DNA of 64,000 nt. It comes from Camelus dromedarius (lineage: Eukaryota). The translations under genes were made by a program, and so were the position numbers. Shown piece after piece: positions 39,081 through 53,905 of the stretch. Numbering within the stretch: the first letter of the stretch is position 1; each line of letters opens with the position of its first letter. The stretch is taken from the NCBI RefSeq assembly GCF_036321535.1, contig NC_087438.1, positions 10,418,001 to 10,482,000 on the forward strand. Direction: 5' to 3'. The notes under the pieces were generated by a model that saw nothing but the letters and a program-made list of their open reading frames with translations, did not search any database and was not told the origin of the DNA.

Positions 39081-42000
39081 ACTGCACAAGTAAAGGGTGT
39101 TTTCCTTCCCATCCTTTCCGTCCCAGGTCTGAGGAAGATGAACATGGCTGCTTCTCAGTTTTCAGGATATTCCTGGCTCTGTATTTCCCTGGAGGCCACC
39201 CCAGGGGTGAGAGCCCACCAGTGAATTTTGGGAGCATGCCTGTTCACAGAGTTAGGGCTCTAGATACTGCAGGGTTTATAGGAAGTTGCTAGGACTACTT
39301 ATTAATTGGGGTTCTTGGTCCCAACTTTTGCTTCACGTAGCAAGCTGTTGGGTGTGGTGGAAAACAGCACTTGAGTCAGGACCCAAGTTCTAGACATTGT
39401 TCTGCCCAGGACTGTGTGCCTAGAATCCACCACAGCTACGGACTTCTGGGTCCTTGTCCACAGATTGAGGCCATCGGGCTGGCTGATCCTCGAGACCCTT
39501 CCCAGTCTAGAAATTCACGTACCTCCCACTCTCACAAGTTTGTAGAATGAACTCATTTTTCAATCTTTCTGCACCTTCCATTATTATAGAATTAGCCAAA
39601 TATTTCCTGTGGGTGTATTCATCTGAACTTTTTATTATGTGACTTTCTTCCCTTCTCCCTGCCTTATTTTGGCAGAGAAAGCACAGTTGGAAGTGGGCAC
39701 AGCTGGAAAAAGCTGGTTTGGGAGGCGGAAAGGTGTCTACTCTGGGCTTAATGTAATCCCCAGGAATTTTTCCTTCCGATTCACCAAGTTCAAGGTGTGC
39801 CAGCACTGTGAGCGCAGAGAGAATTCTTTCCTCAGCTGCAGCCTATGGGCACTGCAGTTGGCGTGCGGCAGTGGAAGAATGTGATTCAAAGATCAGGCTA
39901 TGGAAAAGTTTTTTCTCCAAAACATAACCTCCAAGGACTTAGGAGCATAGTTTCCCTTCTTCGCTAAAAAAAAGTTTTAAAACCAGTTGCCAAAGCTGGG
40001 ATGGGGACAGGTTTTTTAACCTACCCCCAAGTCTTTTGATAAGAGACCACGATTCACTTTTGAGATTAACAGCGAATGTTAACAACTAACATTTGACAAT
40101 AAAAAACAGACAAGAGCAGAAGAAAACCCACAGAACGGGTAGGGATGGAAAGCATTTTTTGGTAGCCATTTTTGCTATTTCTCTTGAAATATTTAGATAT
40201 GGAGAATCTTGAACTAACCATTTGTGCACAATATTGTGGGAAAGACAATGTCAGAAACAGACGATTAGACCGAGAAGAGGCACAGAAGGCCAGTTGGTGC
40301 AGGGCCTCGGGCCCCTGAGAAGACAGGAGGAGCCGGGAAGACCCGAGTAAGCTCACCAATCTCAGCCTACCGCCCGCAGTCTGGCTAATTTGAAGAGAAT
40401 GTGCACCCCACACTCCTTGTGACTCCTTCTGCCTCTGGCCACCTGCAGGGTTGTTAACTGTTCTGATTGGCTCAGGTGCTGCTGTGGTTTCTCCTCACTG
40501 TCCATCTCCATTTGTTCAGTAGGTGAGAGGGTAGAAACAAGGCTGCGAGGTTTCAGCCATGTTCTCAAGACCTTCAGGACTCCACGTGGTCCCCAGGAGC
40601 TGGCTTAGGGGACAGGAATGCCCAGTGTGGGATGCGGGACCCAACAGCTGGGTCCCCCACTCCAGCTAGACATGGAGCAGCTCTCTTTGGTTTTTCTTTC
40701 TTTCTTTTTTATTTTATTTTTTCTGTTTTATATGCTGTTCTGGCTAAAATTTTTTTTGGGGAAAAGAATCTAATACTAAACAAAAAGTTTAGAGAGAGTA
40801 GTAATGACTGATATTTTCAAGTGCTGCTGTCTCTGTTTATTACATGCAAAGGGCTTAGAACCATGAGTGACCCATGGGAAGCACTCAAAGGTTAGCTGCT
40901 ATCCTTATGATTGTCATTACCTTCCACTATAAGGTAGTTGTTCTTTTTAGCCCCATTTTATGAACTGAGTCGCATACAAACTTGTATAAGACCCCCCGCT
41001 TCCTACCTAGACTGTTCTGTTAATTAAACTGTGAATTCCTCAATATTGTGGATTCCGGTATTGCAGAGCCATTCAAGGGTGATGACTTTATGTCTGAAGC
41101 AGGTGTTTCTGATGCCCCCATCGCAGTCTTTGGCCTGTTCCCTTGGTAATCACAGGTACTCTCCTGTGCAGGCAGGTGAATTTACCTGGTGGGCGCTTCT
41201 GTGTTTTACCAGAGGATGGGCAACAGATGGGGTGATGAGGATTGTGGGGCACACACCTTCCCTCCTCCACGCCGCCTGCAGAGGGGTGCTGAGAACTGAG
41301 CTTACGCTGGACCCGGGGCCTTCAAGGCCTTTGCTCTCAGGAGCCGACCCCCGAGCAGTGGGCGCTGGCAGTGGCCAGGGTGGCCACAGAGGAGAAGTGT
41401 GAGCAGCTGCGGTGCTTTGTGTGACAGTTGTAACCTTAGAGAGAAATGTTTTCCCTTCTTTAAAAAATAATTTGAGGGCTTAGGAAAAAGAAAACAAACA
41501 CTGCAATTAAAAACACATGCCCACAATAGAACTGCTTAAAACCAAACAGCTCACAGCTGATATTTTTCACCAGCCTGCTTGTACAACTTTTATACTTCTA
41601 TGCTTACATTTCTGTGAGATGGATTAAATGCCAAATAAAATGTAAATTTTGGTTCCATATGTTTTAGTCAAGTAGAAATTCTTGATTGGCACAATCACAT
41701 TTTTTAAAAATTAAATTTGAAAATGAGCTTTTACCTGGCTTGTTGGCCTGGGCGGGTGCTGGCCCGTGTGTCTGCAGCCCCCAGGGCTGGCCCTGCCACA
41801 GTCACAGTGGGGATTTGTGTTCTCTTCATGAGCTGGACGCGGAAACACTGTCCTTAGATAGTCTGATGTAACTTTATAGCCACCAGCCTGCAACACTGGA
41901 ATGGTCATGGAATTTGCTCAAAGTTTCCAGCTAGTAGGTGGTGGCCAGGATTCAAGCCCTGGCAGCGTGCCTTCACCCACAGCAGGTTCTTAACCACCCG

Positions 42001-45000
42001 CCTGCTTCTGTCCCCTGCAACAGTTCAGGCTCGTACCTGGGAGCACTTGGTTTCCAAGGTTACCTCATCACATTTAAGCTGTTCTAAAGTTAGGTTGGGT
42101 TATTTTCAAACCACTGTTGTTGCTCAGGATAATTCACAGGTCTGGTGTACATGAGAAGAGAGATTTTGAAAAAGTCATCATTATCGAGCTAAAACTTCGT
42201 ATGTTGTTCTTTATATGTGGTTTTTAAGTCTCTTATGTACCTTTTAGAGGAGTTAATGGACTAGTGTATTTGACCTTTCTGTCCTGTCCACTTGAATCCT
42301 CTGGTAAATGTTGAGTTATTTAGGACAGTCTGTTCTCAGAACTGAAGTTGTATACACATTTGTTGGTTTGTAATTAATTTGATGGAAGAACATTTAAATG
42401 TCACTTTACAATGAATCAATAGGGAAAAGTTTTTGTTTACACACTCATTTTTGCAGTGATCTTTTGTTGTAGTCTTACTCCATTTTTTCTGTTTTTTTCA
42501 GTTAATTGAGCCAGAATAGACAGGTGCTATCAGGTTTAAAATATGAGGATAATAAAATGTTTCTGTTCATTTCTAGGAGACTAAGGAGTGTTGTCTGTTA
42601 ATACTGTTGCTGGGATTCCCAGATAATAAACAAAAATCCCAGAAACCGTGGCATGGAAAATGCTACACTCAATGAATCTCTGAATTAAGAATTTAATAGT
42701 AAGTCTTTTATTGTTGATTTAACCATGTGACTCTGAGCCTGTGTGGAGTTGTTGGATGATAGATAATAATTTAACACACTTTGTTAGCTCTTTTTCTGCT
42801 TGCTCTGTTACTGATTTTTAAGGAATATTAATTAGGGTTTGTGTTCTGGCAGAGGGAGTGATAATGCAATTGTAAATCGGTTTCTCCAGAGAGTCATGTC
42901 CCAATTCAGGGAGAAGCAGAATCTCAGCCCCCTTCCCCCAAGTGGCAGCAGCTGCCTCAGATCCCTGGGCTTGGTCTCTTGGGAGGGGGGTGCCCAGTTA
43001 CTGCGGCCCTCAGAGCGGTAAGATGCCTTCCCCACCTCGCCTGGCCTGGCCTGCGGGCGCCCGCACTCTGGGGGTGGGGGGCCTCCGTGCCGCGGGCCCT
43101 GCCTCAGAGATCAAGCTGGACTTCAGATGTCGAGGCCGGAACAGCCAGAAGGGACCTAGCAGACTGGAGGTCCTAGTCTCAGCTGGTCAGACAGGCTGTC
43201 CTGGAGGCGTCGCCCAGGCCTGGGGTGGGGAGCCAGGAGCCCAAGACCATCCTCAACCCTTTTTGTAAATCTTGTTAATTGTAAATCAAATATAGCTGTC
43301 TTTTTCACTCTGAAAAAAAAAAAGTATCCTGCCCTCTCTTGTGCCCATTACCATGGGCATGAGCCCCTGCTCCCTCTAGGTTTGGGGAGCCTCGGGGGCA
43401 CACACCAGTTCCTGAGTGGCCCAGAAGTGGAGGTGGGCAGGGAGCTGGTTGGGGAAGCTGGTCGGGAATGTGACCTGAACCCTGTGTGTCTCTCCCCTAA
43501 GTTGGCGCAGAGAGGGTTCCCTGGAGCATTTAGTCTCCCGAGTTGAAGAGAAGTGGACTGAATTTCTTGCCTGGTGAAAAGAGACACCCTTTCCTGGGTC
43601 TTAGAGTAACACCAGGTGCCTCGGGGGGTCGATGGGTTGAACTGTGACAAGGAGGCCTCAACGTTGCTGTGCGATCTCTAAAACGACAAGAAACCTGAGT
43701 GCCCCGTGTCCCCAGGGTGGCCGGCCAGGACAGGTGGGAATGCTGGGGAGGAAGCAGAGCGGCTGATAGGATTGGGGTGGAGGGAAGAGGGTGGAGGGAG
43801 AGATGACCCCCATGGGTGGCAGGGGGTGAGCAGGGTCACCGGTCACATCCAGATGTGAAGGGCTGGATGCCACCCATGTCAGCAGCGAGATCAGCTCATT
43901 GTCATTTTACTTGGCACTTAACAAATGAACTTGGAGTTCAGGTCACAGCTCAGGCTGGCTGCTCACCTTGAAATGCAAACATAGCCCATGGAACTATTAA
44001 GACAAGTGTTGGGCCCCTCAATTTTGCACCTGAAGCAGGGCAAGGCTTGGGTGTAGGGGTTCCTTCCTCTGAAATCTGTAGGAGAGAGAAAACTCACTTG
44101 AACTGAGAGTTTTTTAGGTCAGTTTTATCCATGGTGTATCCCTCTATTTTGTTGCTTGAAGATATTTGTTAAACTCAGTTTTGGGTACTCAGCTGATTGT
44201 CATGACAGAGGACTGGTATAACCACCGCTTGTAGACCTACCTTGCGCTGTTCGTTCCTCATGCAGTGATATTCCAGCATCTTCTCCCACATGTGCTTCAT
44301 TGGTTCACAGTTTGGAGCCTGGAACACGTGATGCTATAGTTCTCCCTCCCCCTCCCCCTCCCCCTCCAGGCTTCTCAACCTTCCTTTTTTTTTTTTCTCT
44401 TGCTGTCATTTTTAAACTGGTCACCTCCACAGAATCCCTTGTGGAAGAGGCTCTTTATCAAAACTCTGCTTTCAGGTCAGCTGGTGTAGTAGATCTGAGA
44501 ACTCGGCACACACATCTGAGGGTTGGCGTATTTGCTGGTGTCTGTCAAGATATCCTGTATCTTCTGCACACGCTCAGGACATCTTTCCTGTGGTGCAAGT
44601 TTTGAGTAATGCTTTGGTTTACTTTAACTTCAGTTATTTCACAACTACGTAAAACCCTGTGCCTTGTGCCCCAATGTGACCATTCCACCAACATAACTTT
44701 GAAACACGTTAACATAAAGAGGCCTTTGGAGGGTGGAGGGAAAATGGTGGTTAATGGCCTGGCCTCCTTGTATTGGTTTATAAGGGAGGAAGCTGAGGTC
44801 CAGAGCTGCTGGGCTCTTTAGGACCAGACTGGGAGTTCCTGACTCCCTGGTGCCTGCTCATTCCACTACCTGGAAACCATGCCTCTAGGTGACCGCCTTA
44901 CAGCCTCACCCCCTGCTTTATATTTACCTGGGTGTAATTAGGGAAAAGGAAAACACCCTGATGGCTCATTGTTTCTGACCTTCGTGTTAAAAGTCAGAAG

Positions 45001-45516
45001 GGACCAGCAAGGTAGAGGCTCTTAGGTAAGATTAGGTATGGTGGAATAAAAGAACAACTCCAGATAAGTGAATCGAGTTTACTCCTCTCATGGCAAAGCT
45101 CAGAGGTGGCTCTGCAGGGCTGCAATGGGCTCCAGAGTATCAGAGATCCGGGCTCCTTCCTCTTGGTTTCCACTGTGCGTGGTTTTCATGCCCACAGTTA
45201 CTTCCTGATCCAAGATGGCTGCTGAACGTCTGTCATCACACTTACATTCCAGCTGGTAAGGAGGAGGAAGGGCAAGGAGTCCACACCCCTCTCAACAAAG
45301 CCTTTTGAAAACTACACATAACACTTCTTACTGGGAAGTCACTCACATGGCTGTGGCCAGCAAGTAGGGAGGGTGGAAAGTGGCTTTTATTCTGAGTAAC
45401 GATGTATCCAGCTGAAAGTCAGGATTCTGTTTCTGTGGAAGAAGACAGAACAGATACTGGGGGAAGTGGGCAGTGTCTGCCGTGGAGACACATGGACTGG
45501 GTCCTGACTACACCGA

Positions 45517-46090
45517 TTCATTTTATTTATTCAACAAATATTTCACATGCTTAGCATGCAGGAGGTCCTGGGTTCGATCCCCAGTACCTCCTCTAAAAAT
45601 AAATAAAAATAAACCTAGTTACCTCCCTTCCCCCAAAAAAGTAAAATAAAATAAATTTAAAAAAATGTATTAGCTGTCTACTATGTGCCTCGGCACCAAA
45701 AAGCAGAGAAAAAACAGACACAATTTCAGTCCTTAAGACCTTTACCTACTCAGGGAAACAGACACTAATCAAACAAACACCGTTGAATAAACTGTGATAA
45801 GTGCTGTGAAGGAAAAGGACACCCTGTGCTGTGAGGGAGCATAACCGGGATTCGATCAAGCCTGGGGGTTAGGATTGGGTTGGGGAAGCTTTGCCGCAGG
45901 AAGTGACATTTGAGCTGAGAGCCTGAGAATCAGTAGAGTGAGGAGTATTCCAGACAAGGGAAAAGCAGGGGCAGAGGCTGGCGAGAGGCAGGAGTGAGCC
46001 CTGCTGGAGGAACTGAAGGCGGCCCGTCTCCTTGGAGCGAGAGGAAGAGGTAAGAGACAGGGAAGAATCAGGGTCAGGCTGTGGGGGGCC
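45517..46090 (-). mobile_element. L2 LINE 3' fragment interrupted by a SINE
   Basis: ATTCATTTTATTTATTCAACAAATATT...TACTATGTGCC (L2 3' end) and GTGACATTTGAGCTGAG. Confidence 0.7.
45544..45665 (+). mobile_element. 5'-truncated camelid-type SINE nested in L2
   Basis: CACATGCTTAGCATGCAGGAGGTCCTGGGTTCGATCCCCAGTACCTCC plus a bipartite A-rich tail. Confidence 0.85.
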
Positions 46091-46489
46091 CTGGAGGTAG
46101 GGCGACCACCCATCCCGGTTTGCGTGGGACCCAGGATGTCCTCGGATGAGGGACTTTCAGTGCTAAAACTGGGAGAGTCCTTGGAGTTCACATTAACAGT
46201 TGGGTTCCTTTATTATTAATTTCAGCAAAGTTCCTTGTTAGGTAGGCATAGCTCCCAGCCGTAGAAAAACAGCAATTGACCAGTAAAAGTCATCCCTCAC
46301 CCTGGCCAGAGGGAAAGAGTTCAGAACACAGGGAGCACTTCCTTGTAGCTGGGTTACATGACCAGTGAGACGCTTCCTTATCTGGCATGATTTCTCTTAA
46401 CGGTAATCGTGGAAATTAATTGACGTGTGATAATGTATCTGAGTGTAATGTAACCAACAGCCACGGCTGGAGGAAGCCTTGACTTCAGA

Positions 46490-46770
46490 GCAGTGATTCT
46501 CAGCACCGGGGATACACTGGCATCACCTGGGAGCTTAGAAAAAAGACGGGGCTCTGGGCCGCAGGCCAATAAATCAGAAAATCCAAAGGAGGAGCCCGGA
46601 CAAGTGTGCTCCTCTGCTCCGGAGCAGCGCCTCTCAGACCTGGGTGTGTGCGTGAATCGCTGGGGCTCTTGTGGATCCGGGATTCTGCTTCCGTGGGGCC
46701 CAAGGATCTGTATCTCTGAGTGCCCAGGTGGCAGTGATGTTGCCAGTCCACAGACATCGAGCACAATGCT
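46490..46770. mobile_element. Adjacent MER5-type element remnants
   Basis: CAGTGATTCTCA...CATCACCTGGGAGCTT...AATCAGAA and GGGGCCCAAGGATCTGTAT...CCCAGGTG. Confidence 0.55.
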
Positions 46771-48104
46771 CTGTAATGTTTGACGAGTTTGTTTTGAAGC
46801 CACTGGTTTCTTTTTAGGAGAGTGGATCTAAAGCACCAGGAGAAGGTAGATGGGTCTGTGAGAGGAGGGAGAGGATGAGGCTGGGGGAGGAGGGCGGGAG
46901 GCCTGCCCTGGGCTGCCCGCCGCAGGGGGCCCATCCCGACTCCTCAGTGGGTTCCCGCGGTGGCTGGGGTTACAAGGTGAGGCCGGTTCCTGGTTCCTGG
47001 AGAACCAGCTCTCCGAGGCCTCTGGCTGGGACGGTGCAATAGGTGGTGCATCTGTGCCTCTTACGCTGGTTTAGGGGCCCTTCTAGCCCATGTCCCTGGC
47101 CGCCGGGATGCGGGTCTCTCCTACAAGTGAGAAAAGCCAGAAAGATTTTTAAATAAAAGATGACACATCCATTGAATGTAAAAAGCAAAACAAAACAAAA
47201 CAAAACAGCAAACACACTGCTGGCTTCAGAGTGGAAAATGGCTTTGGAGGAGGGAAGCCAATTAGAAGGATTAGTAACCATTAGCAACAGAGGCCAAAAG
47301 ACTCATTATGGAAAAATCACTGCGGGGCGAAAGTGAAGCGTGGCTTGCCTCAGAGTTACCTTTAGTTCTCTCTGGGTCACATGTTTACAAATGATTTGTG
47401 TTGGGATGTGGAAAACAAGCTTAATCTTTAAAGGTCTAAGAGTTAAGAGACGGACAGTGCATCACGAAAGCCATGGCAGCTCGCGGCAGTAAGGCGAGTC
47501 CGGTAATGTGACATTTAGCAGGGATGTGTGTCAGCGCAGAACTTGTGCACATGAGCTGGGTAACCCCTTGCTTCCCTTCCCAGGTTCTGAAATAACTGAA
47601 AGGTGGACACAGGAGTCAGGGACTTTTTAAATGTCAGCTCGGTAATAAAACCCATTATGTCTTAGTTGTGTGGCCAGATGGGCTTGTTAGTGGTGCCTGC
47701 ACCGCACTCACCCCTGAAAGGTCAGGCCTCTCTCCCACAGAGACAGCCGCCCCAGGGCACCTCCCTGCTGGCAGGCAGAGCGGGGAGGAGAGGAGGGGGC
47801 CAAGTTGAGCAGATGCTCTGACACCTGCCATCAGATAAGGCTCCCTCTGGAAGGAGTAAGGAGGGAGAGAGGTGGGTGGAGGCCAGTGCCAGGTCACCAG
47901 GAAGGTTCTTCCATCTGGAGGTTTGAGGAGAGCAGGATGAAATTGCCTGCCCCCTCCAATTCAGCAAATGGGGAGACGCACCCCAGCAACTGGCCTAAAG
48001 GGCTTCAGGCTGACGGCAGGCTGCACGTGAGCTGATGGCTTTTTTATTTCTCAGCCAGTCAATACAAATACAATCACAGGCAGCATCAATTTGAATGCAC
48101 CATC

Positions 48105-48432
48105 TAGAACAAGGTTTGTCCAACTCGGTACATGGGCCGAATCCGTCCAGCTCAGTTTTTATATGGCCTACAACCTATGAATGCTTTTTACATTTTTTAA
48201 TGGTTGGAAAAAAATCAGAAGACGACCACTATTTGCTGACATGTAAAACTTACGTGAAATTCAAATTTCAGTGTCCATAAAAATGTTTTCTTGGAACACT
48301 GCCCTGCTGTGTATTGTCTGATGGCTGCTGCCACTCTGTCGGGGCAGATATGAGTAGCTGGGACAGAGACCAGATGGCTGGAGATGCCTAAAGTACATAC
48401 TTTCTGACCCTGTGCAGAGAACTTGCTGACTC
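48105..48432. mobile_element. MER58B-like hAT-Charlie element
   Basis: TTTTACATTTTTTAATGGTTGG...GAAATTCAAATTTCAGTGTCCATAAA...GGGACAGAGACC. Confidence 0.75.
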
Positions 48433-51400
48433 CCAAAGGAGAATGAAGAAGTGGTCATGTTGTTGAATTCTCTCCGGGTTGGGTCACACTCAGGACATTG
48501 TGTTCTGACCTGCGTTCTCCCTTCCGTGTGGAGTGGGTCCCAGGAAGTGATGGAGCTGATGAAGGGACCCCCTGACCAAACCATGTCATGTGAGGACTGG
48601 TGGAAGGAACGGGGAGTGTTTGATCTAGAAGAGAAAGTCATGGTGGAAGTGACAGCTGCCTTCTGAGTTTGTGCTTATTAATTGTTTTGAATTCTTGGAA
48701 CAGTTACTCAGGGAAGGCAGTTGTGTAGTTAATTCAAAGGGCACTGACCTTGAGTTAGAATATGTGGGTTCAAGTTCAGGCTTCTGCTCGTTTCCCTGGG
48801 CTTTAAAGATGCAGTGTGCATGTGACAGCCCATCAGGTGGCCAGGTCCACAGTGAACTGAGGTTCAGCTTTCATCTCAGAGGGGCTTCTGGCCAGTAGGG
48901 GACACAGTTGTGAATACCCCGAACTGGAAACGACCTGCAGTGCGCATGGTGTGCAGAGGGTGAATCTGGGGACAGATTTGTTCTGCTGAGGGGCTGGTGT
49001 GAATCAGGTCTCGGAGAACAAGCAGGATTCCAGCCCCTTCAGCCCAAAGCATCCTGTGATTCTGTGAAAGATCTAAAAGGTTATCGCGTGGAAGAGGAAT
49101 TGGAGGTGTTCCTTGTGACCCCGGGGAGTAACAATTCAAGTTATGGCGACATATGAAGCACCTGTGTGCTCTTCCTGTGGAATCCACAGCAAGAGACTTC
49201 GGAAGCGTAGTTTTTTGGTACCTGGGCAGCTGGTGATCATTGGTCCTGGTGCTGCGACTTATAAGTCTGAAATAAAAGGGGAATTAAAAAAAAAAGTTGT
49301 GGTGACAGATCTGGTCACACTAGCCTTTTGCTAAAAACCTGGCGAGGCCTTTCCTTGTTCCTCAGTCTGACATCAGCATCTCTAAGGGGATCTAGAGGCC
49401 CTGCTGCCCTGAGCCTTGCGGGCCCCCTCCTTTTCCCGTCTGCGCTCTGGGTCTCCGCCCTGCCTCACATCCTTGGGGATGCCTCCCCGGACTCCGGTCC
49501 AGGTCAGGTCCCCACGTTACCCCTTGTCCTCGGGAGCGCTGCCTTGTCATGCTCCAGACACACTAGGACAGTCCCTCCATGTGTGAATCAGTGCGGCCAC
49601 CGCTGTGGCACCAGCTCTTGGCCCAGTGCCTGGCCCACTGGAACAGCTTCATCTGTAATCAGAGAATAATGATAGATTTGACCGACAGAGAGGGAGCATA
49701 ACGAAAAGGAAAGGGACTCCCACCCGAGGGTGAGGCCCACCCTGAGACATGTGGAGACACATGTCATGACGTGATGGAGGCAGATGGCGGCTGGGACCCC
49801 GCCGAGAGCTGGCTGGTGCGTAGTGCCTGTGTGATCACGAGCACGCTCAGGGCTTATAGTGTTTGCTTTTCAGCGGTCCAGCCCTCTGTCATCACTGTGG
49901 GTCTGCGCCATTGGGAAGACTTTGGGGATCATTGAGGCCAAGTGATTTGTCTGCGGTTCTGCAGCTGGAAAATAGAGTCCTGGGCTTGTTCTGCCAGTCT
50001 GCTGTCCCCACCAGGCCAGGGCCAGGGCGCCTGCCAGGCTGGATAAAGTGACCTGGAGTTTTGGGACTCCCCGGAGAAGGAATTACAGCTTGCTCTCCGA
50101 TGGACACTCATTCCACCTACAGCTTTTGTGTTTTTGTAGCTGGGTTGGTTTTAAACCTGCTCCACACAGTTCGAAAATTAAAGTGGTGGGTTGCATTGAA
50201 CATGCCTCAAGATGTGCCCAGTACATGAAAAAACCCCGAGCCATGATCTTATGAAAAACACGCACACAGTCCTGCCAGCATTTGGCAAGGAGCAGTTCCC
50301 TGCTGCTTTTGCTGACTCTTGGCTGGCAACAGCCTTGGGGGACGCGTGCCCAGGCCTGTGGGATTGTGCGAGGAGCACTGTTCAGTTGGTTGCATGACGG
50401 GGCTACCATTGGGTGTCTCGCTGGTCATGACTCTCAAGATAAAAAGCTTTCCCGCTGGTGGTTCTCTTCCTCAGTGATACTGATCTTGTAGTTGTGGGTT
50501 GCTGCACACATTGTGAGGTGGGAGCCCGTTGTTCCTGTGCTGAGCAGGATTAATACCTGAAATACAGAAGCGTAGAAAGTCTTTTGACCTCACCATTTCA
50601 AAGACTGGTTAAAAGGATATGTGTTCTGAATATTTCCCCCATAGTGGATACAAAAGCAACCACCTCACCTATGGTTTTGCAAGAGTCTTTTCATTGTGCT
50701 ATGCTGACTTTCAGAACGTCTCGCAGTCTCCCCGTGCTCTAAATTATTCAGAAGCCTTGACGGCCTCGCAGGATCTGTTCTCTGTGTTCATCATTCTGTG
50801 TGCATATTGCTTGGCTGAAGTGCTTGGACCAATGCAGCATAGTTTGCTTTATCCTCGAGCCTGAGTTTCTCAGAACTCACCTCCAGGAGAGATGGCCCAC
50901 CTGAGCATCCAGCGCACGGGGCCTGGCCTGGTGTTACTCTGTGTCCTGGCCAGAGCCTGCCCCAAGGCTGTGCTAACCTGTGGGCCTGGACACGCTGCCC
51001 GGTAGCCCTTCCTGACCGGAGGGCATCGTGCCACCAGACCGTGAGCTCCCTGGAGCCAAGGCCTGTGTCTTCTCACTTCACTGCCTGCCAACCTGGCGTG
51101 GCGCCCAGTCCAGGGTGGGAAGAGGTAGTGGAACCAGAGGGCAAGGGGCAGGAGGGAGGAGGGGCTTCCTGGGCCTCCTGGTCCACTGTACCTGGTGGTC
51201 TCAGTTGACATCTCTCAGCAGTGCCCCAGCCTGCCACAGAGGTGTGCTCGGCCATTCCGGGCTGGCTGCCCCTCCCACCCCCTCACCCTGTTTGCATCCT
51301 AACCCCTCAGTCTCTCTCTTAACCCCCTACTCTCCCATTTCTTGCTAGTTAGCCAGAATATGGCATTGCAGCCAAGAGAAATATCTGTTGTGTTTATTAA

Positions 51401-51449
51401 ATTCAATGTAGTATTTTTCACTTTAAAGTGGTTTTGATTTTTATTTTGT

Positions 51450-51600
51450 TTTCACTAGATTACCAGTTTATTATAAAGAGATGTAAGTCAGGAATAGCCA
51501 GATGGAAGAGGTGCACGGGGTGAGGTGTGTAGGACGGTGCGCAGAGCTGCCATGCCCTCTGGGCGGGCCACCCTCCCCACGCCTCCGCCGTGAAGCTCTC
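51450..51600. mobile_element. MER21-like LTR fragment
   Basis: TTACCAGTTTATTATAAAG...AGCCAGATGGAAGAG.TGCA; similar to ~19140-19260. Confidence 0.6.
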
Positions 51601-53872
51601 ATCTTGAAGTTTTTAAGAGGGTGATTTTACCATGTGATGTGTCTTCCCCCCTCTGCTAGCTCAGACATCAAGATTAAATGGCCTTTTCCGTCTTTAGCTC
51701 GGGCCTAGCTTCCCCTTCCGAGGCCTACTCAGTGGATCTTGATCTACCCCCTCTGCTTTGGGAGAAAGTCCGTGGGCCGCACACAGGTGGCGGGGGCAGC
51801 ACAGAACCCCAGGGCAGTGCAGACGTGGGTAGAGAGGAAGGGCCACGTGCTGGGGTGCCGCTGGGAGTAAACTGGGAGGAAGTGGACCGAGCCCTGTGGC
51901 TGGCTGCTGGTGGGACGGGCAGGTGGGGAGGGCGGGCTCTCTGGACCCAGAGCATCACCGCGTTCCCATCCCAGAGGCCACCCGCCTCCACGAGGCTCCG
52001 GGGAGAAGTGCTGTCGGCGTCATCACTCGGTTTCCGGCTCTTCAGCGTCTTTTAAGTTTTGTTTTCAGGGTTTTTTTTTCTTTTTGGTTTCCTGTTTTAA
52101 TGTTTGAATTATTTCAGTTTTGGTAAATTTTAGAGAACGGAAAAAATTCTAAGTAGAGTTTTACCACAAAAACACAGTGGCTTTTTTTTTCCCAGTTGTA
52201 GTCAGTGGTCCCACCTGCCGTGTACAGTCCAGGCGGTCACATACGCGACTTCAGGGTCAGGTCGCCACGCTGCCAGCTTCAGGGACATGTGAGCTCCTCA
52301 AGTGTTACGTCTGATTGTACAGGTTGGGGCCTTGGCAGGCTTCACTGCTGATGACCGGAGGGTGCAGGAGACCCAGTTAATCCACTTCCCAGTGCCACAG
52401 AAATGCCCTGGGCCCATCTGGTGCCTCATTGCACCCACCAGTCAAGTGGGCCCGTCCCAAACTATTAAAAAGAAATTTCATTTTTGTGTCTTGACAAGCA
52501 CGAAAGAGGATCAAACCTGTAATTCCTGGCAATGCTTGTTTTCTGCCTCTTCATTGCCCCCCCCCCCCCAATCTCTTGCTCTTGTTCTCGCTCCCGTTTA
52601 CTCTCCAGGACCGAATCCCTGCTGGTGGAGTCTCCCCTCCTGTCCTGTTAGCCCAGTGGGCACCCCCAGGCCCGCTCCCTGGTGGGCAGAGTGAAGTCAG
52701 GTGGGCGGTGGTGGCCGCTCCTTGGAAGGCTGGCGGAGGATGGGACCCGTGAAGACGCTGACATGGAAGATTTTATTCCCTCCCAGCTGCTTCTGGGGAA
52801 ATGAGATTTGACTCAGGAGATCATCAGAACTGCAGCCACGACAGTCTTGCTCAGCGCCTCGCTGCTGGTGCTCTCCTCTGTGTCTGTTGTTCTGAATTGT
52901 AATCCAGTTACTGACACACCCAGGAGGCCGTTTTACAATTCCCTTTTTAAAGTCTGAATTCCACTTGCTGCAGCAGAGCTGATGTGCGATTCACGCCACT
53001 CCAAGGCGGGACAGGCGCGTGAGGCGGTGTGGCTCCCATGTCACGTGCCCGTGCCAGAGCACTGGCTCTGAGGTTTATTTAATCTTGCTCTCCCTCGCGC
53101 TGTCCTGGGCTGTGCAGTAAGGGTGATGAGATAATGGTGGACCTGGGCTGGGCGCTTGCCGTGGGCCCGATGGCGAGCTCCCACTTCTCCAGCGTTTCCT
53201 GCAACTGTCACAGCAGAGGCAGATGCTGCAGTGACTCCGTGTCACTAGGGGAACCACAGTGAGAGGAGTCCTCCCCGTTTACCCAGTGCTGGGCCGCACA
53301 CTTCCCTCTGCGGTTAAGGAACAGAAGCCTGGGGCGGTGGGGTCACCCACCCCGTGTATACAGTACACACGCAAGGGCGGACGTCCCTCACACCACAACA
53401 GCGTTTGCAGGACCCCAGCAGACAATTCCCATAAAACACTTAGCACAGGGTCTGGCACAGAGCAAAAGCTCAAATCGTAGCTCCTTTAATGATCAGTGAG
53501 GTCATGCTTTTTCCTACTGAAACATTCTGCTTCCTCTCCTTTGACTTAGAAGCCCCACTCCTGGCCATGTGTTCATGCTAGATTACACGAGCACCACGGG
53601 CTTGTCTGTGAGCCCGCTCTCGTGTGGCTTCCTGAGTCCTGCCTCCAGGAGGCTCCCCGATACCCACCCCTGCCCCCGCCACATGCTCCCTGGCTCGTCT
53701 CGGCTTGAGATACTTGACCGATACCTGTGGGAGTGTTGAGTGGAGGGAGTTAGTCTAGGTCTGCGTGGGGAGGGGGTGGTGAGCCCTCACATGTCATTTT
53801 CTGATAAGTGATTCTATCTCCCTTCCTTGGGTTGGAGGCGGGGTTTAATTTCAAGGGCTATAGGCTAGGGAA

Positions 53873-53905
53873 GTGTGTGCGTGTGTGTGTGTGTGTGCAT
53901 GTGTA
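53873..53905. repeat. (TG)n microsatellite
   Basis: GTGTGTGCGTGTGTGTGTGTGTGTGCATGTGT. Confidence 0.85.

Noticed and set aside
38118..39089. 323-aa antisense ORF across the OTULINL promoter
   Set aside because: Non-ATG start and Pro/Arg/Gly/Ala-rich low-complexity translation. Long stop-free frames are expected in a GC-rich CpG island.
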